DNA of 64,000 nt from Coleofasciculus sp. B1-GNL1-01 (GTDB taxonomy: Bacteria > Cyanobacteriota > Cyanobacteriia > Cyanobacteriales > Coleofasciculaceae), in NCBI GenBank assembly GCA_040220235.1, contig JAVJTO010000071.1; one strand, given 5' to 3'. The translations under genes and the position numbers were made by a program. A model generated the notes under the pieces. That model did not search any database. It was not told where the DNA came from and saw only the letters and a program-made list of their open reading frames with translations. Positions 48,064 through 58,608 of this stretch are shown one piece after another; position 1 is the first letter of the stretch, and every line of letters starts with the position of its first letter.

Positions 48064-48146
48064 TGTTCCCTGTGACACACCGAGCGTGTTACCGAGCGCA
48101 GTTCGACCAGGCTCACTGACCATCGAGGTAAATCGAGGTGTTCCCT
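48064..48146 (-). repeat. Second copy of the ~84-bp dispersed repeat
   Basis: Reverse complement of 43766..43849. Confidence 0.9.
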
Positions 48147-48165
48147 ATTCCCTGTTCCTCATTCC

Positions 48166-48942
48166 CTATTCCCTCAATAACTTCTGCGTCGTCCGCAGAA
48201 TTTGACCTGCTAGAATTGCCGCCCCAAAACCATTATCAATATTCACCACACCCACTCCCGGCGCACATGAATTAAGCATAGTTAAAAGAGGAGCAAGTCC
48301 ACCAAAACTGGCACCATAGCCGATACTTGTAGGAACTGCAATAACTGGAGAATCAGCTAAACCTGCTACAACACTAGGTAACGCTCCTTCCATCCCGGCT
48401 ACGACAATCAGCACATTGGCTTCAGCAATGACCTGTTGATGACTCAGCAAGCGGTGGAGTCCCGCTACACCCACATCCCAAAGACGCTGTACCTGAAACC
48501 CACACAGTTGAGCCGTAACTGCTGCTTCTTCAGCAACCCATAAGTCAGAGGTTCCCGCACAAATAATTCCTATCGTTCCTGGAAAATTGGATGGAATAGT
48601 TTCGGGCGCGATCGCACAAATCCGGGCAGTGGGATAATAGTGGATATCGGGGACTGTAACTTGGAGTTGGGCAAACACATCAGGATCAATGCGAGTTGCC
48701 ATCACCACTGAATTACGTTGTCGCATTGCTGCCATAATTTGAGCAATTTGGTCAGGTGTTTTACCTAAACCCCATATTACCTCTGGAAAACCTGTTCTCA
48801 AGGTGCGATGATGGTCAACTTTAGCAAAGTTACTAACGGACTCAAAGGGAAAATGTTTCAGTTTATCTAAAGCAACTGCCGGACTTGTTTCGCCAGCAGC
48901 CACTGATTCGAGCAAAATTTTTATGGCTTGAGGTTGAGTCAT
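48166..48942 (-). CDS. larB: LarB / CpmA (PurE-like) protein
   Basis: RTGFPEVI, AGTSD, DVGVAGLHRL, AGMEGALPSV, VPTSIGYG, NIDNGFGA. Confidence 0.92.
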   Translation of the reverse strand: MTQPQAIKILLESVAAGETSPAVALDKLKHFPFESVSNFAKVDHHRTLRTGFPEVIWGLGKTPDQIAQIMAAMRQRNSVVMATRIDPDVFAQLQVTVPDIHYYPTARICAIAPETIPSNFPGTIGIICAGTSDLWVAEEAAVTAQLCGFQVQRLWDVGVAGLHRLLSHQQVIAEANVLIVVAGMEGALPSVVAGLADSPVIAVPTSIGYGASFGGLAPLLTMLNSCAPGVGVVNIDNGFGAAILAGQILRTTQKLLRE

Positions 48943-49061
48943 GATTTATTCAACTATTAAAGTGTTATTATTTTTTTAAACAACCATAAAGCTGGAGTTA
49001 GGGATGATTTGAGGCTGGATTTACATAGATGATTTTAACCTATAGCGATTTTTTATTAGCG

Positions 49062-50075
49062 TCAAATTACGCGGAGTGCCCCGATGATAACAAACCGACC
49101 GTAAAGTTTAGTTCGGTTTCCGTAAACTTCCACATTAATCAAACTCCTATCTTTACGCTGTCCTTTGAATCGACAGTACAGATTTTTACTTTGACCCTGA
49201 ATGCAGCTATAGATTTGTTGTTCAACAAACTTACGATTGTCTAGGCATACGAGTTCAAGAACAGATTCTAAGGAGATCAGTTCTCCAAAAGTATAGCCAA
49301 AAGTTTCGGCTAATCTAGGATTGACGTATAGAAAATTCCCTTCTCCAAACAGGATATACATGCCAATTCGGGAAAATTCTTTCTCGCTGAAGGGTTGAGT
49401 TACACTTTGACGAGATTGAGCAGTTGTTTTCTGTTGAGCCTGCTTTAATTCTAAGTCTAATTCTTGCTGCTGACGTTCATGATAGAGTCGAGCATTGTCA
49501 AGCACCAATGCCATAGATTCTGCTGTGATTTGCATTAGATGAGCCGCTTCCGGACTAAAATGTCCGGCTTTTGAGTGGGTTAATGTGAGAATTCCTAAGA
49601 CTTCTTTACCCATTAAAATCGGAACGCCAAGGGCGGAGCGAACGGTGTAAGGTTGATTGGGTAAGGTCAACCAACGCTCGTCCTCGATCGTATCAGTAAT
49701 GAGTCCCAGTTTGCGGTGACGATAGACCCAACCCGCTAGACCTTTATCCAACACTTGACCAATCAGCCGTTGCTTTTGTCCTCGTAGCGTCGCACCACGA
49801 GCTAGAATACTTTCGGTGACAACGCCATTGGTATCAAGTAAGAACAAACTACTGGATTCCGCCCGAGTTAGCTTAGTGCCAATTGTCACAATTTGTTGCA
49901 ACATGGCTCTAACCATCAGTGTCCCCTTCGCCGCTTGCAAGGTTGTGGCAAAGGTTCTCATGAGCTGATGTTGGGCATCAAACGCCATTTTAGTCATTTT
50001 CAGTTTAATCACTTGTCGGCGTAGGGATGCCACTTCCGCCATGAGTTGTTCGTAGGACTTGTTGCGATCGCTCAT
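49062..50075 (-). CDS. GAF + PAS domain protein with no output domain
   Basis: GLAGWV...DERW...SALGVP...DNARLY; YVNPRLAETFGY...RKDRS. Confidence 0.85.
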   Translation of the reverse strand: MSDRNKSYEQLMAEVASLRRQVIKLKMTKMAFDAQHQLMRTFATTLQAAKGTLMVRAMLQQIVTIGTKLTRAESSSLFLLDTNGVVTESILARGATLRGQKQRLIGQVLDKGLAGWVYRHRKLGLITDTIEDERWLTLPNQPYTVRSALGVPILMGKEVLGILTLTHSKAGHFSPEAAHLMQITAESMALVLDNARLYHERQQQELDLELKQAQQKTTAQSRQSVTQPFSEKEFSRIGMYILFGEGNFLYVNPRLAETFGYTFGELISLESVLELVCLDNRKFVEQQIYSCIQGQSKNLYCRFKGQRKDRSLINVEVYGNRTKLYGRFVIIGALRVI

Positions 50076-50490
50076 TTATACCTCTATCCATTCAATGCAC
50101 CTGCACTCAAATTCCTGTACGATTTCCCCCTCTGCTAGAGAGAAAGCCATAAGACAGACTCACTCCCTTGGTTTGGGGTAGAATTGAGGGTGTTCTCTAA
50201 CCTCTACCAGAATTTGCTTAATCTCCCCAATAATGAGTTTAGGCGAGTTGTTGCTTACTCTGGTCAAGTTTGTCATTTTTTTGTTCAGCTTTCCATGGAT
50301 TGCAGATGAAGTCCCTATCCCATGAACAAATGTAAAGCAAAGCGATCTTGATACAACCTTATGTCCTGAAACTTGTGGGTTGAGGCATGGAACCTGCTAA
50401 GGAAAGCGCATAAACTAAGTTTTAATCTGAAATCTTGTAGTTCTTACCCCCCCTGATCTTCATTCAGCGATCATCCTTTTAAAGGTGATG

Positions 50491-50620
50491 TAAGTGGGGG
50501 ACACAATTAAAGTTAACGGTTGAGATTAGGGAACAGGGAACTCTTAACAGGGAACAGTAAGGGTTTGAGGGCGATTTACAGAACTTAATACAGTACTGTT
50601 TTCTTTTGTCCGACTACTTA
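50491..50620. mobile_element. MITE with internal CAGGGAA heptamers
   Basis: TAAGTGGGGGACACAA ... TTTTGTCCGACTACTTA imperfect TIRs; related ends at ~26364-26545. Confidence 0.6.
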
Positions 50621-50623
50621 GTG

Positions 50624-50660
50624 AGGAATCGCCACACTTATAGGGCGGTGAGGATGTCAA
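50624..50660 (+). mobile_element. Solo IS605-type right-end remnant
   Basis: GAATCGCCACACTTATAGGGCGGTGAGGATGTCAA resembles the tnpB element end GAATCCCCGCACTTGTAGGGCGGGGAGTGTCAA. Confidence 0.6.
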
Positions 50661-50746
50661 TTTTAATCCGATAGAACAATGGAAAATCTTAGCAGAAACT
50701 GCTGTAAAAGATTTTAGTGGTTTTCTGGACTCATGTCGCTGCTACC

Positions 50747-51016
50747 CTAAAATGCCTGAATCCATTCTTTCACGTCGTACTCTGTCCAAATCCCATTTTG
50801 CCAATAGGGATCAGCCTCAATCAATTGGCGCACGGTGGCTTCATCTTCAGCGTCATAAATACCAAACACTTTGGTTAAATCTTTGGTTGGACCAATCGTA
50901 ACTAACACTCCGGATTCTTTTTGTTGAGTTAAACCATCCAGATGCGCTTGACGATGAGGAGCGCGTTTTTCTAATACGTCCTCACAATAGCTTCCCCACA
51001 TTACGTATTTGGGCAT
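50747..51016 (-). CDS. YciI family protein
   Basis: RAPHRQAHL, IGPT, ADPYWQNG. Confidence 0.9.
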   Translation of the reverse strand: MPKYVMWGSYCEDVLEKRAPHRQAHLDGLTQQKESGVLVTIGPTKDLTKVFGIYDAEDEATVRQLIEADPYWQNGIWTEYDVKEWIQAF

Positions 51017-51064
51017 AACAAGTCAACTGTTAACAAATGACAAAGGACAAATGACATAAGACAC

Positions 51065-53515
51065 TTAACTTCTCAGGCTAACGCCAAATTTTTCTAATAA
51101 GGCGTCTCGAACCTTCTGGTGGGCAGATTCCACTTCTTTGTCCTTCAGCGTGCGATCGCCTGCGCGATAAATTAACCTGAAAGCCAGACTGCGCTGTCCT
51201 TCTGGCACTCGTTCCCCGCGATATTCATCGAATAATTGCACCGATTCCAATAAGGTTCCGGCGGCTTGTTGGGTGGTGCGTTGAATGTCGGCGACGGAAA
51301 CCGTATCGGCGACAAAAAAGGCAATATCTCTGTCTGCGGCTGGGAATGTGGAATAAACCGAAAATCTTGGTGTCAATTTTTCATCTTGGGCAAGGGCATT
51401 TAACATGACATCCAAGTCTAATTCAAACCCATAAACTTGATCCGGTAAACTCAATTCGGCGCGAAGCTGGGGATGCAGTTGCCCGAATCTGCCCAAGCGA
51501 TCGCCTTGTATCCATAAGGAAGCGGTACGCCCTGGATGCAGGCGCGAATCCTGGTGATCGGGTTGATATTCCACAGTTAACCCTAAGCGTTCAAAGACGC
51601 TTTCGATGATTCCCTTTGCCTCATACCAACTCATCGGTGCATCTTGTCCGCCTCTAGTCCATTTCCCCTGACTGGGATCACCGCCCAAAATTCCCGCCAC
51701 GCGATCGCCCTCAGCAAATCCGTCTTCGTCGCGCCAGAAAATTCGCCCGATTTCAAACCCATTCAATACCCCATTCCCTTGTTCGAGGTTGTACTGGGCG
51801 ACTTCGATTAATCCTGAGAGTAAGTCAGTCCGCAGGGCGGAATATTCCACAAATAGGGGATTTGACAGGCTAATTTGTTCTCCTTTTTCTTCCGGTTTCA
51901 CTAGGGAATATTGCAGCAATTCCGTTAATCCCGCCGCCCGGAACGCTTCCCGAATCTTGCGGATTAAAACCTGGTCAATCGATAGATAACCGGGTTCAGT
52001 TTTCGGGGGTAAATCTTCACAAAACTTATCATAGCCGTAGAGACGGGCAACTTCTTCAATCAGATCGATTTCCCGTTCTAAGTCTCGGTAGCGGTAGGGG
52101 GGAACGGTAACGATCCATTTCACCGCCTCGTCGGATTCTACGGACTGAAGTTGACATCCCAACGCCGTGAGAATGCGTTCAACATCCTCAGGCTGAATGT
52201 CACCAATCTCATCACCCAAATCCACTGGACCGAGTACCTGATTCACCCGTTCTAGGCGTAATTCAATCGAGCGCACCCAACTGTCTGGATCAGGGCGGGT
52301 ATCGGCTACTTCTTGGACAATCGGCTTACCCTGGGCGAGTTCTTGAATTAACGCGATCGCTCGTTTCGCCGCAATCCCTAATTCCGCTTGATTGACGCCC
52401 CGTTCGTAACGGGTGGATGCCTCCGTGCGTAAGCCTTGAGAGCGGGCGGAACGACGAATGGCAACGGGTTCAAACAGGGCGGCTTCGAGAACTAGATTCT
52501 CTGTTCCCTCATGGACTTCGGTTTCCTCTCCCCCCATCACACCTCCCAGCGCCACGGGGCGATCATTGGCAGTAATTAACAGAGTTTGGGAATGAAGGGT
52601 GCGGGATTGACCATCTAAAGTGGTTAATGATTCCTCGCCCTTAGCAAAGCGAACCCCGATGGTTAAGGATTTGTCACCTGCTACTTGTTGTAAGCGATCG
52701 CGATCAAAGGCGTGGAGAGGCTGACCCCATTCCAACAGGATATAGTTGGTAATATCTACAACATTATTAATCGGTCGTACACCAGCGGCTTGTAAACGCT
52801 GTTTTAACCAGGTTGGCGATGGTTGAATTTTCACGCCTTCAATAACTGTACCGATATAAGCAGGACAAGCTTTCGGGTCGGAAATTTTCAACGTCAACCC
52901 ACCAGTGCCTTGAGGAATCGTCAACTCCGGCGTTTTCGGCAAGCTCAAGGATGCACCCGTCAAAGCAGCCACTTCGCGAGCCACCCCAACCATACTCAAC
53001 GCATCCGCCCGATTCGCTGTTGCCGTCAAATCCAGGATCACATCCGTAAGTCCCAGGAGAGGACGAGCATCACTCCCCACTTGTAGCGTCTGTGCCTCAA
53101 AAATGTGAATCCCATCCGACTCTTTTTCCAAGCCAACTTCTGCCAAGGAACAAATCATCCCCTCAGAACGTACCCCCCGCAGTTTGGAGGAGCGAATTTT
53201 CAAATCAACCGTTGGCAGGTAAGTGCCTACCGTTGCTACAGGGACATAAGCCTCTGCCCGGACATTAGCTGCGCCACAGACAATGGTGACTGGATCATTG
53301 GCGTCTCCAATATCCACTTTAGTGACTCTCAGCTTATCGGCATTAGGGTGGGGTTGCACATCCAGAACCTTCCCCACAACTACGCCATCGGCTAACTGCC
53401 GCTGATCCTCAATATCCTCGACCTCAAATCCAGCATTGGTGAGAATTTCCGCAATTTCTTGGGGAGCTAGGGTCACATCCACCAGTTCCCGCAGCCAATT
53501 TAAAGAGATACGCAT
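51065..53515 (-). CDS. pheT: Phenylalanine--tRNA ligase beta subunit
   Basis: [40 protein letters not shown]-terminus. Confidence 0.98.
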   Translation of the reverse strand: MRISLNWLRELVDVTLAPQEIAEILTNAGFEVEDIEDQRQLADGVVVGKVLDVQPHPNADKLRVTKVDIGDANDPVTIVCGAANVRAEAYVPVATVGTYLPTVDLKIRSSKLRGVRSEGMICSLAEVGLEKESDGIHIFEAQTLQVGSDARPLLGLTDVILDLTATANRADALSMVGVAREVAALTGASLSLPKTPELTIPQGTGGLTLKISDPKACPAYIGTVIEGVKIQPSPTWLKQRLQAAGVRPINNVVDITNYILLEWGQPLHAFDRDRLQQVAGDKSLTIGVRFAKGEESLTTLDGQSRTLHSQTLLITANDRPVALGGVMGGEETEVHEGTENLVLEAALFEPVAIRRSARSQGLRTEASTRYERGVNQAELGIAAKRAIALIQELAQGKPIVQEVADTRPDPDSWVRSIELRLERVNQVLGPVDLGDEIGDIQPEDVERILTALGCQLQSVESDEAVKWIVTVPPYRYRDLEREIDLIEEVARLYGYDKFCEDLPPKTEPGYLSIDQVLIRKIREAFRAAGLTELLQYSLVKPEEKGEQISLSNPLFVEYSALRTDLLSGLIEVAQYNLEQGNGVLNGFEIGRIFWRDEDGFAEGDRVAGILGGDPSQGKWTRGGQDAPMSWYEAKGIIESVFERLGLTVEYQPDHQDSRLHPGRTASLWIQGDRLGRFGQLHPQLRAELSLPDQVYGFELDLDVMLNALAQDEKLTPRFSVYSTFPAADRDIAFFVADTVSVADIQRTTQQAAGTLLESVQLFDEYRGERVPEGQRSLAFRLIYRAGDRTLKDKEVESAHQKVRDALLEKFGVSLRS

Positions 53516-53592
53516 TAATTTCTTGCTTTTACCGACCTCAGCTTAGATGCAGTTCCGCGACTGTTGATCTCACTATACCCGATTTGTTATTC

Positions 53593-53665
53593 GTCATTGG
53601 TCATTGGTCATTGGTCATTGGTCATTGGTCATTGGTCATTGGTCATTGGTCATTTGTCATTCGTC
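53593..53665 (+). repeat. Heptamer tandem repeat (GTCATTG)n
   Basis: Direct read; cyanobacterial STRR type. Confidence 0.95.
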
Positions 53666-53667
53666 CT

Positions 53668-53838
53668 CAGCTTCCCCATCTCCCCCATCTTCCCCATCTT
53701 CCCCATCTCCCCCATCTTCCCCATCTCCCTCATCTCCCTCATCTTCCCCAGCTCCCCCAGCTCCCCCAGCTCCCCCATCTCCCTCATCTCCCTCATCTCC
53801 CTCAGCTTCCCCAGCTCCCCCAGCTCCCTCAGCTCCCA
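53668..53838 (+). repeat. 9-bp tandem repeat (CTCCCCCAT/CTCCCCCAG variants), ~19 units
   Basis: Direct read; ends at a REP-like palindrome. Confidence 0.95.
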
Positions 53839-54168
53839 GACGTAGCATGCTACGTCTCTACATGCTCCCCCGGCTTGCCACACTTTACCAATTCTTCACA
53901 AACAGAGGACAATCTTTATCAAGACTTTATCCAAAAAAGACTCAAATCAATGCGTTATTTGGGCATCTGTGCCTAAACGACAGGGTAAATTAAGATATCC
54001 TGTAGATAGATAAGATTGCTTACCAAGGCTTACCAAAGCGAGGGTGCATTCGGCGGTGCGTTTCCCACTAAAGTCAACTATAGATCTTAATAGATAAGCC
54101 GGGTGCTTCGATCACAATTGAGAAAGCTTTCGTCCTAGCCCGGACAAACGCCCCATTGGTGATGCTGA

Positions 54169-55809
54169 ATGAGCTACTGCCTAAATCCTGACTGTCCTCA
54201 GCCCAAAAATCCGCTGCACGTCACTAGCTGTCAGGCGTGTGGTCATCCTATTATGTTGCGAAATCGCTATCGTGTGCTAAAAACCCTAGGTCAAGGCGGA
54301 TTTGGCGCTACGTTTTTAGCCAGAGATGAGTCTCTTCCTGGCAATCCCAGTTGCGTCATTAAACAACTTCGTCCCGCAACAACCACATCACAGGTTCTGG
54401 AAATGGCTCAAAAGCTATTTGAGCGAGAAGCCAGAACCCTCGGCAAGATTGGCAATCATCCTCAAGTGCCCCGACTGTTGGATTTTTTTCAAGACAATCA
54501 GCAGTTTTATTTGGTACAGGAGTATATTAGTGGACTCACGTTACAGCAAGAAATTAAACAATGTGGTCCCCTCTCAGAAGCCGGGGTCAAGCAATTTCTG
54601 AGTGAAGTTCTCCCCCTGATTAAATATATCCATAGCCAAGAGGTGATCCACCGGGATATCAAACCGGCTAATTTAATTCGACGAGAGCAAGACCGAAAAC
54701 TGGTCTTGATTGACTTTGGTGCGGTTAAAGATGAAGTCAACCAAGCCGCCGTTGCCAATACCTCTGATCAAACCGCCTTGACAAATTTTGCCATTGGGAC
54801 TCCCGGTTTTGCTCCGCCGGAACAAATGGCATTGCGACCCGTTTATGCCAGTGACATTTATGCTCTCGGCGTAACTAGCGTATATTTACTCACCGGAAAA
54901 TCGCCAAAAGATTTAGATTACAATCCCTCAACTGGTGAAATGGTCTGGCGTAAATCTGTGCAAGTCAGCGATCATTTTGCGAATGTGTTGAAAAAAATGC
55001 TGGAGGCTTCTGTTCGTCATCGCTATCAAACGGCAGAAGAGATTCTCAGAGCGCTAGACTTAGAACCTTATTTTGATAGTTTGGTTCAAGGAATGGCAAT
55101 GCCGACCTCTGGGCTATCGAATACAAATACAAATGGCAATTCCACCGAAGTTCAAGAGGTAGACTCGCCCAGTTCTCCTTCCTCTCCTTCATCGGCGACC
55201 CAGAAGTTAGCGGCGGCGATTCGTAGGCGTCGTGAACGACGAGAACGTAGTCGTCCGGGTTCTCCCAACACCATGGGTAATGGTAATCCCCGCAGTCAAT
55301 TTATATCGAGGTCAGTGACAGAAGTTAATATGGGGAATGTACCATCGAGCCAAAGTTTTGCTACCAGTAGACCCAAAAAACTTGATGCTAATGGTGTGTT
55401 AACAGCATATATGAAAGGTCGGAGAGATTTTGCGTCCCATGATTTAAGTGGGTTGGATTTACAAAAATCGGATTTATCTGGCGGGATTTTTTACCAGTCC
55501 AAGTTAACTCGCATTAATTTACAAGGTGCTGATTTATCCAGTGCTGATTTTGGTCAGGCAAGCTTAACTCGGGCAAATTTGCGAGATGCCAATTTAGGAC
55601 GGGCTTATTTGAGCAATTCGGATTTAGAGGGGGCAGATTTACGCGGGGCAGATTTAAGTTTTGCTTATCTGAATCATGCCAATCTTAAGGGGGCAAATCT
55701 CTGTGGCGCGAATCTTGCCAATGCCAAAATTACGGAGGAACAGTTAGCTTTAGCTAAAACGAATTGGGCAACAATTATGCCGAATGGCAAGCGGGGTCTT
55801 TGGTCATAG
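54169..55809 (+). CDS. Ser/Thr kinase with pentapeptide repeats (SpkB-like)
   Basis: N-terminal YCLNPDC...CQACG, LGQGGFG, HRDIKPAN, IDFG; AxLxx repeats. Confidence 0.95.
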   Translation: MSYCLNPDCPQPKNPLHVTSCQACGHPIMLRNRYRVLKTLGQGGFGATFLARDESLPGNPSCVIKQLRPATTTSQVLEMAQKLFEREARTLGKIGNHPQVPRLLDFFQDNQQFYLVQEYISGLTLQQEIKQCGPLSEAGVKQFLSEVLPLIKYIHSQEVIHRDIKPANLIRREQDRKLVLIDFGAVKDEVNQAAVANTSDQTALTNFAIGTPGFAPPEQMALRPVYASDIYALGVTSVYLLTGKSPKDLDYNPSTGEMVWRKSVQVSDHFANVLKKMLEASVRHRYQTAEEILRALDLEPYFDSLVQGMAMPTSGLSNTNTNGNSTEVQEVDSPSSPSSPSSATQKLAAAIRRRRERRERSRPGSPNTMGNGNPRSQFISRSVTEVNMGNVPSSQSFATSRPKKLDANGVLTAYMKGRRDFASHDLSGLDLQKSDLSGGIFYQSKLTRINLQGADLSSADFGQASLTRANLRDANLGRAYLSNSDLEGADLRGADLSFAYLNHANLKGANLCGANLANAKITEEQLALAKTNWATIMPNGKRGLWS

Positions 55810-56357
55810 CATGAGAAGGCAGAGGACAGAAGGCAGAAGGCAGAAGGCTTCCAGGAGTCGATGGAAAAAGTCCCAAAGTTTAAAAGGGGGTTCTTTAAGC
55901 GGGTTTGGTATCTATTTGTTTTCTGTCCTTTGTCCTTTGTGATTCGTCTTATGTCATTGAACTAATATCAGTACCTTAACATTGATATTGGTTGGCTCAA
56001 TGGCACTCTATGGAACTTGATGATCTTGTGCGACTCAATCGCGTCATTCGCGTCATTGGCTTTGACGACGCACCGTTTTCTCGTCATGCAAGCGCCAAAG
56101 TGTCCATTGCGGGAGTGGTTTGTGCGGGAACGCGCTTTGAGGGGATGGTTTGGGGAGAAGTGGAACGAGATGGCTGGGATGCGACGGATAGGATTGTTCA
56201 GTTATTAGTGGGGCGGAAGTTCTTACCCCAACTCCATGTTTTGCTGCTGGATGGTATTGGTTTTGGTGGCTTTAATTTGATAGACTTGCCCCAGCTTTGC
56301 GATCGCCTGAGTCTTCCCTGTGTGTCTCTGATGCGGCGTATGCCTAATGTAGAAGCA

Positions 56358-57666
56358 TTGACACTCCCCGCCCTACAAGTGCGGGGATTCTTTGCTCATC
56401 AACTCAGCTTGCCTTGACAGGATTTCTCCAATCAAGGTAGAGGCTAAATCTCCCAAAGCGTTTGGATCTAAGATCCGAGTTCCGACATGCCCTGCCGTAC
56501 TCAATGCTAATTTCAGAATATTAATAGCAGCGTTCCAGTCCCGATCTAAAATACATCCACACCGACAAACATGAGTTCTAGTGGATAGAGACTTCTTGAC
56601 CACTGCGCTACAGCTAGAGCATTTTTGAGAAGTGTAAGCCGGATTAACTGCAATAGTTATTTTGCCAAACTTAACTCCGAAATACTCTAACCACTTTCTG
56701 AACTGATACCAACCTGCATCATTAATCGACTTAGCTAAACAGTGATTCTTGACTAGATTTTTTATACTCAAATCTTCATAGGCAACCCAATCGTTAGATT
56801 GGATTACGCAACGTGCCACTCTCTTGGCATGTTCTTCACGCTGCCTACTTATTTTGAGGTGAAATCGCCCTAGCTTATTAATGGCTTTTTTTCGGTTGGT
56901 TGAGCCTTTCTCCTTGCGTGAAACTCTTCTCTGAAAGAAGCTTAGACGTTTTTCTCCTTTTCGATAAAACTGGGGAACTGGCTCTTTATAGCCATTACTA
57001 TCGGTATAGAACTCTTTAAGTCCTACATCTAACCCAATGGCTTTCCCTGTTGGCTGAATTTCTACTCTGTTCTCAGCATTGACCAAGAATTGAACGTAGT
57101 AACCATCAGCACGGCGGACTAATCTTACCCGCTTGATTGACCCAAGTTGATAGAAGTTTAAGTCATAAGTTCCTTTGAGCTTAAGCTTGCCGATTCCTTT
57201 CTTGTCCGTGAAGGTTATTTGCTTGCGAGTTTCAGAAAGCTTCCAGCCGCTAGTCTTGTATTCAACTGAGCGGCAGTTTTTCTTAAACTTCGGATAACCT
57301 TTTTTCCCTGGAATAGCTTTCTGGCAATTGCTGTAGAAACGAGCGATTGATGAATACGCCCTCTCTACAGCGGTTTGACAAGCATGGGAATTCAAGTCCT
57401 TAACAAAGGAAAAATCAGCTCTTAGCGTTGTATTATGGCGATACAACTCCTTTTGCCCCACACCTCGGTTATCCATCCAGTAACGGATACATTTGTTGCG
57501 GACAAATTGAGCGGTCTGAATCGCTTCATCAATCGCTGAATATTGAGTTGTTTTCCCCTTAGCCTTAAACTCAAAAACCAACATTTGACGTGGAACAACT
57601 CGGCATCAACATCATAGTACAGAAAAAGCCGTCCTAGAAGGACGAGGCTTGAGACCCACTATTCCG
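56358..57666 (-). mobile_element. IS200/IS605 (IS1341-like) tnpB-only element
   Basis: Minus strand: TTGAC target | left-end hairpin ... right-end hairpin ending TCAA; no target duplication; no tnpA. Confidence 0.92.
56373..57584 (-). CDS. tnpB: RNA-guided endonuclease TnpB
   Basis: GLDVGL, AYEDL, TSQKCSSC...CRCG, DRDWNAA; RuvC D-E-D triad intact. Confidence 0.95.
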   Translation of the reverse strand: MLVFEFKAKGKTTQYSAIDEAIQTAQFVRNKCIRYWMDNRGVGQKELYRHNTTLRADFSFVKDLNSHACQTAVERAYSSIARFYSNCQKAIPGKKGYPKFKKNCRSVEYKTSGWKLSETRKQITFTDKKGIGKLKLKGTYDLNFYQLGSIKRVRLVRRADGYYVQFLVNAENRVEIQPTGKAIGLDVGLKEFYTDSNGYKEPVPQFYRKGEKRLSFFQRRVSRKEKGSTNRKKAINKLGRFHLKISRQREEHAKRVARCVIQSNDWVAYEDLSIKNLVKNHCLAKSINDAGWYQFRKWLEYFGVKFGKITIAVNPAYTSQKCSSCSAVVKKSLSTRTHVCRCGCILDRDWNAAINILKLALSTAGHVGTRILDPNALGDLASTLIGEILSRQAELMSKESPHL

Positions 57667-58199
57667 GTCAAACAGGCAATTCATCGTTTACCTCAACCTG
57701 AACAGCGTCTCCATCTCCTCCAACGCGCTGGAACCATTCATTCTTATCCCCCTTTCTTTTTTCAGGTTTGTGGTGCGAATCCCCAAGTTATCGCATCGGT
57801 TCTAGAGCGCGTAACGGATTGTGGCAAAGTTCCTGAAGCGTTGCGTTTAGCTCATCTGATCGGTGCGGCTGTGGTTAAGGGCGAAAGTAGCAGTTCGGCT
57901 TAGGATTAATTGGGTAATACCAAATCCGCCTTTGTCACCCCCTTTATCCATTGGTGGCTATTCCCGACACCCGATACCCGACACCCGACACCCCTTCTCT
58001 AGAAAAAAATAGTGACAATCTTCTGGGGATCTGATAACTAATACTGATGGTGGTTATAGGTTCAATGGGGCGATGTTCACAATTGCTCCCATGACAACCT
58101 TCCCCCCGGTCTCTGATATCCCCAACCGATAATCTGTCTGATTAGGGTGGGGAGTTAGAACTGTTCATCTCAAGTGTTGCTGGCTTAACAGGTAGTATC

Positions 58200-58598
58200 T
58201 TGTTGGATAATCGTTATTTTATTTATGAAGTCGTCGGTTTGCGTCAGAGTGCAGCTACCGACACCCTCAACTACCCCATTCGTCGGAGTAGTTCTGTCTT
58301 TATCAGAGTTCCGTACAGCCGCATGAACCAAACGATGCGGCGAATTTCTCAATTAGGTGGCAAGATTGTCAGCATACGAAGCTTAACTCTTAACACAGAG
58401 GCTCAGAGTTCCTTCGCTTGGTGGGTAGAAATTGTCACTGCTGAACCTGCGGTCACTTACTACTTTGGACCCTTTGATAGTCCAGAAGAAGCCGCGTCTT
58501 ATGAAGCAGGTTACATTGAGGATTTAGAACAAGAGGGCGCTCAAGGGATCGCCGTGACGGTTAAATGGTGCAAACCCGACAATTTAACAATTTTTTAA
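58200..58598 (+). CDS. CpcD-like phycobilisome linker domain fused to DUF1816 (start may be CTG 58161)
   Basis: RYFIYEVVGL...IRRS...VPYSRMNQTMRRISQLGGKIVSI; then WWVEIVT.EP..TYYFGPF. Confidence 0.82.
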   Translation: MLDNRYFIYEVVGLRQSAATDTLNYPIRRSSSVFIRVPYSRMNQTMRRISQLGGKIVSIRSLTLNTEAQSSFAWWVEIVTAEPAVTYYFGPFDSPEEAASYEAGYIEDLEQEGAQGIAVTVKWCKPDNLTIF

Positions 58599-58608
58599 GC
58601 TCTCTGGG

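Larger units (their letters stand above)
56010..57903 (+). pseudogene. DUF99 (endonuclease V-like) gene interrupted by a TnpB element
   Basis: IGFDDAPF, LLDGIGFGGFN, KVPEALRLAHLI; removing 56358..57666 restores the frame (PNVEA|VKQAIH). Confidence 0.9.

Noticed and set aside
53564..53993. Five overlapping low-complexity ORFs
   Set aside because: Translations of 7-mer and 9-mer tandem repeats
56358..57666. IStron (self-splicing IS)
   Set aside because: Only ~80 bp non-coding at the left end, and the element is antisense to the host gene; no room for a group I intron
55992..57903. Two independent DUF99 genes
   Set aside because: Halves of one gene split by the TnpB element
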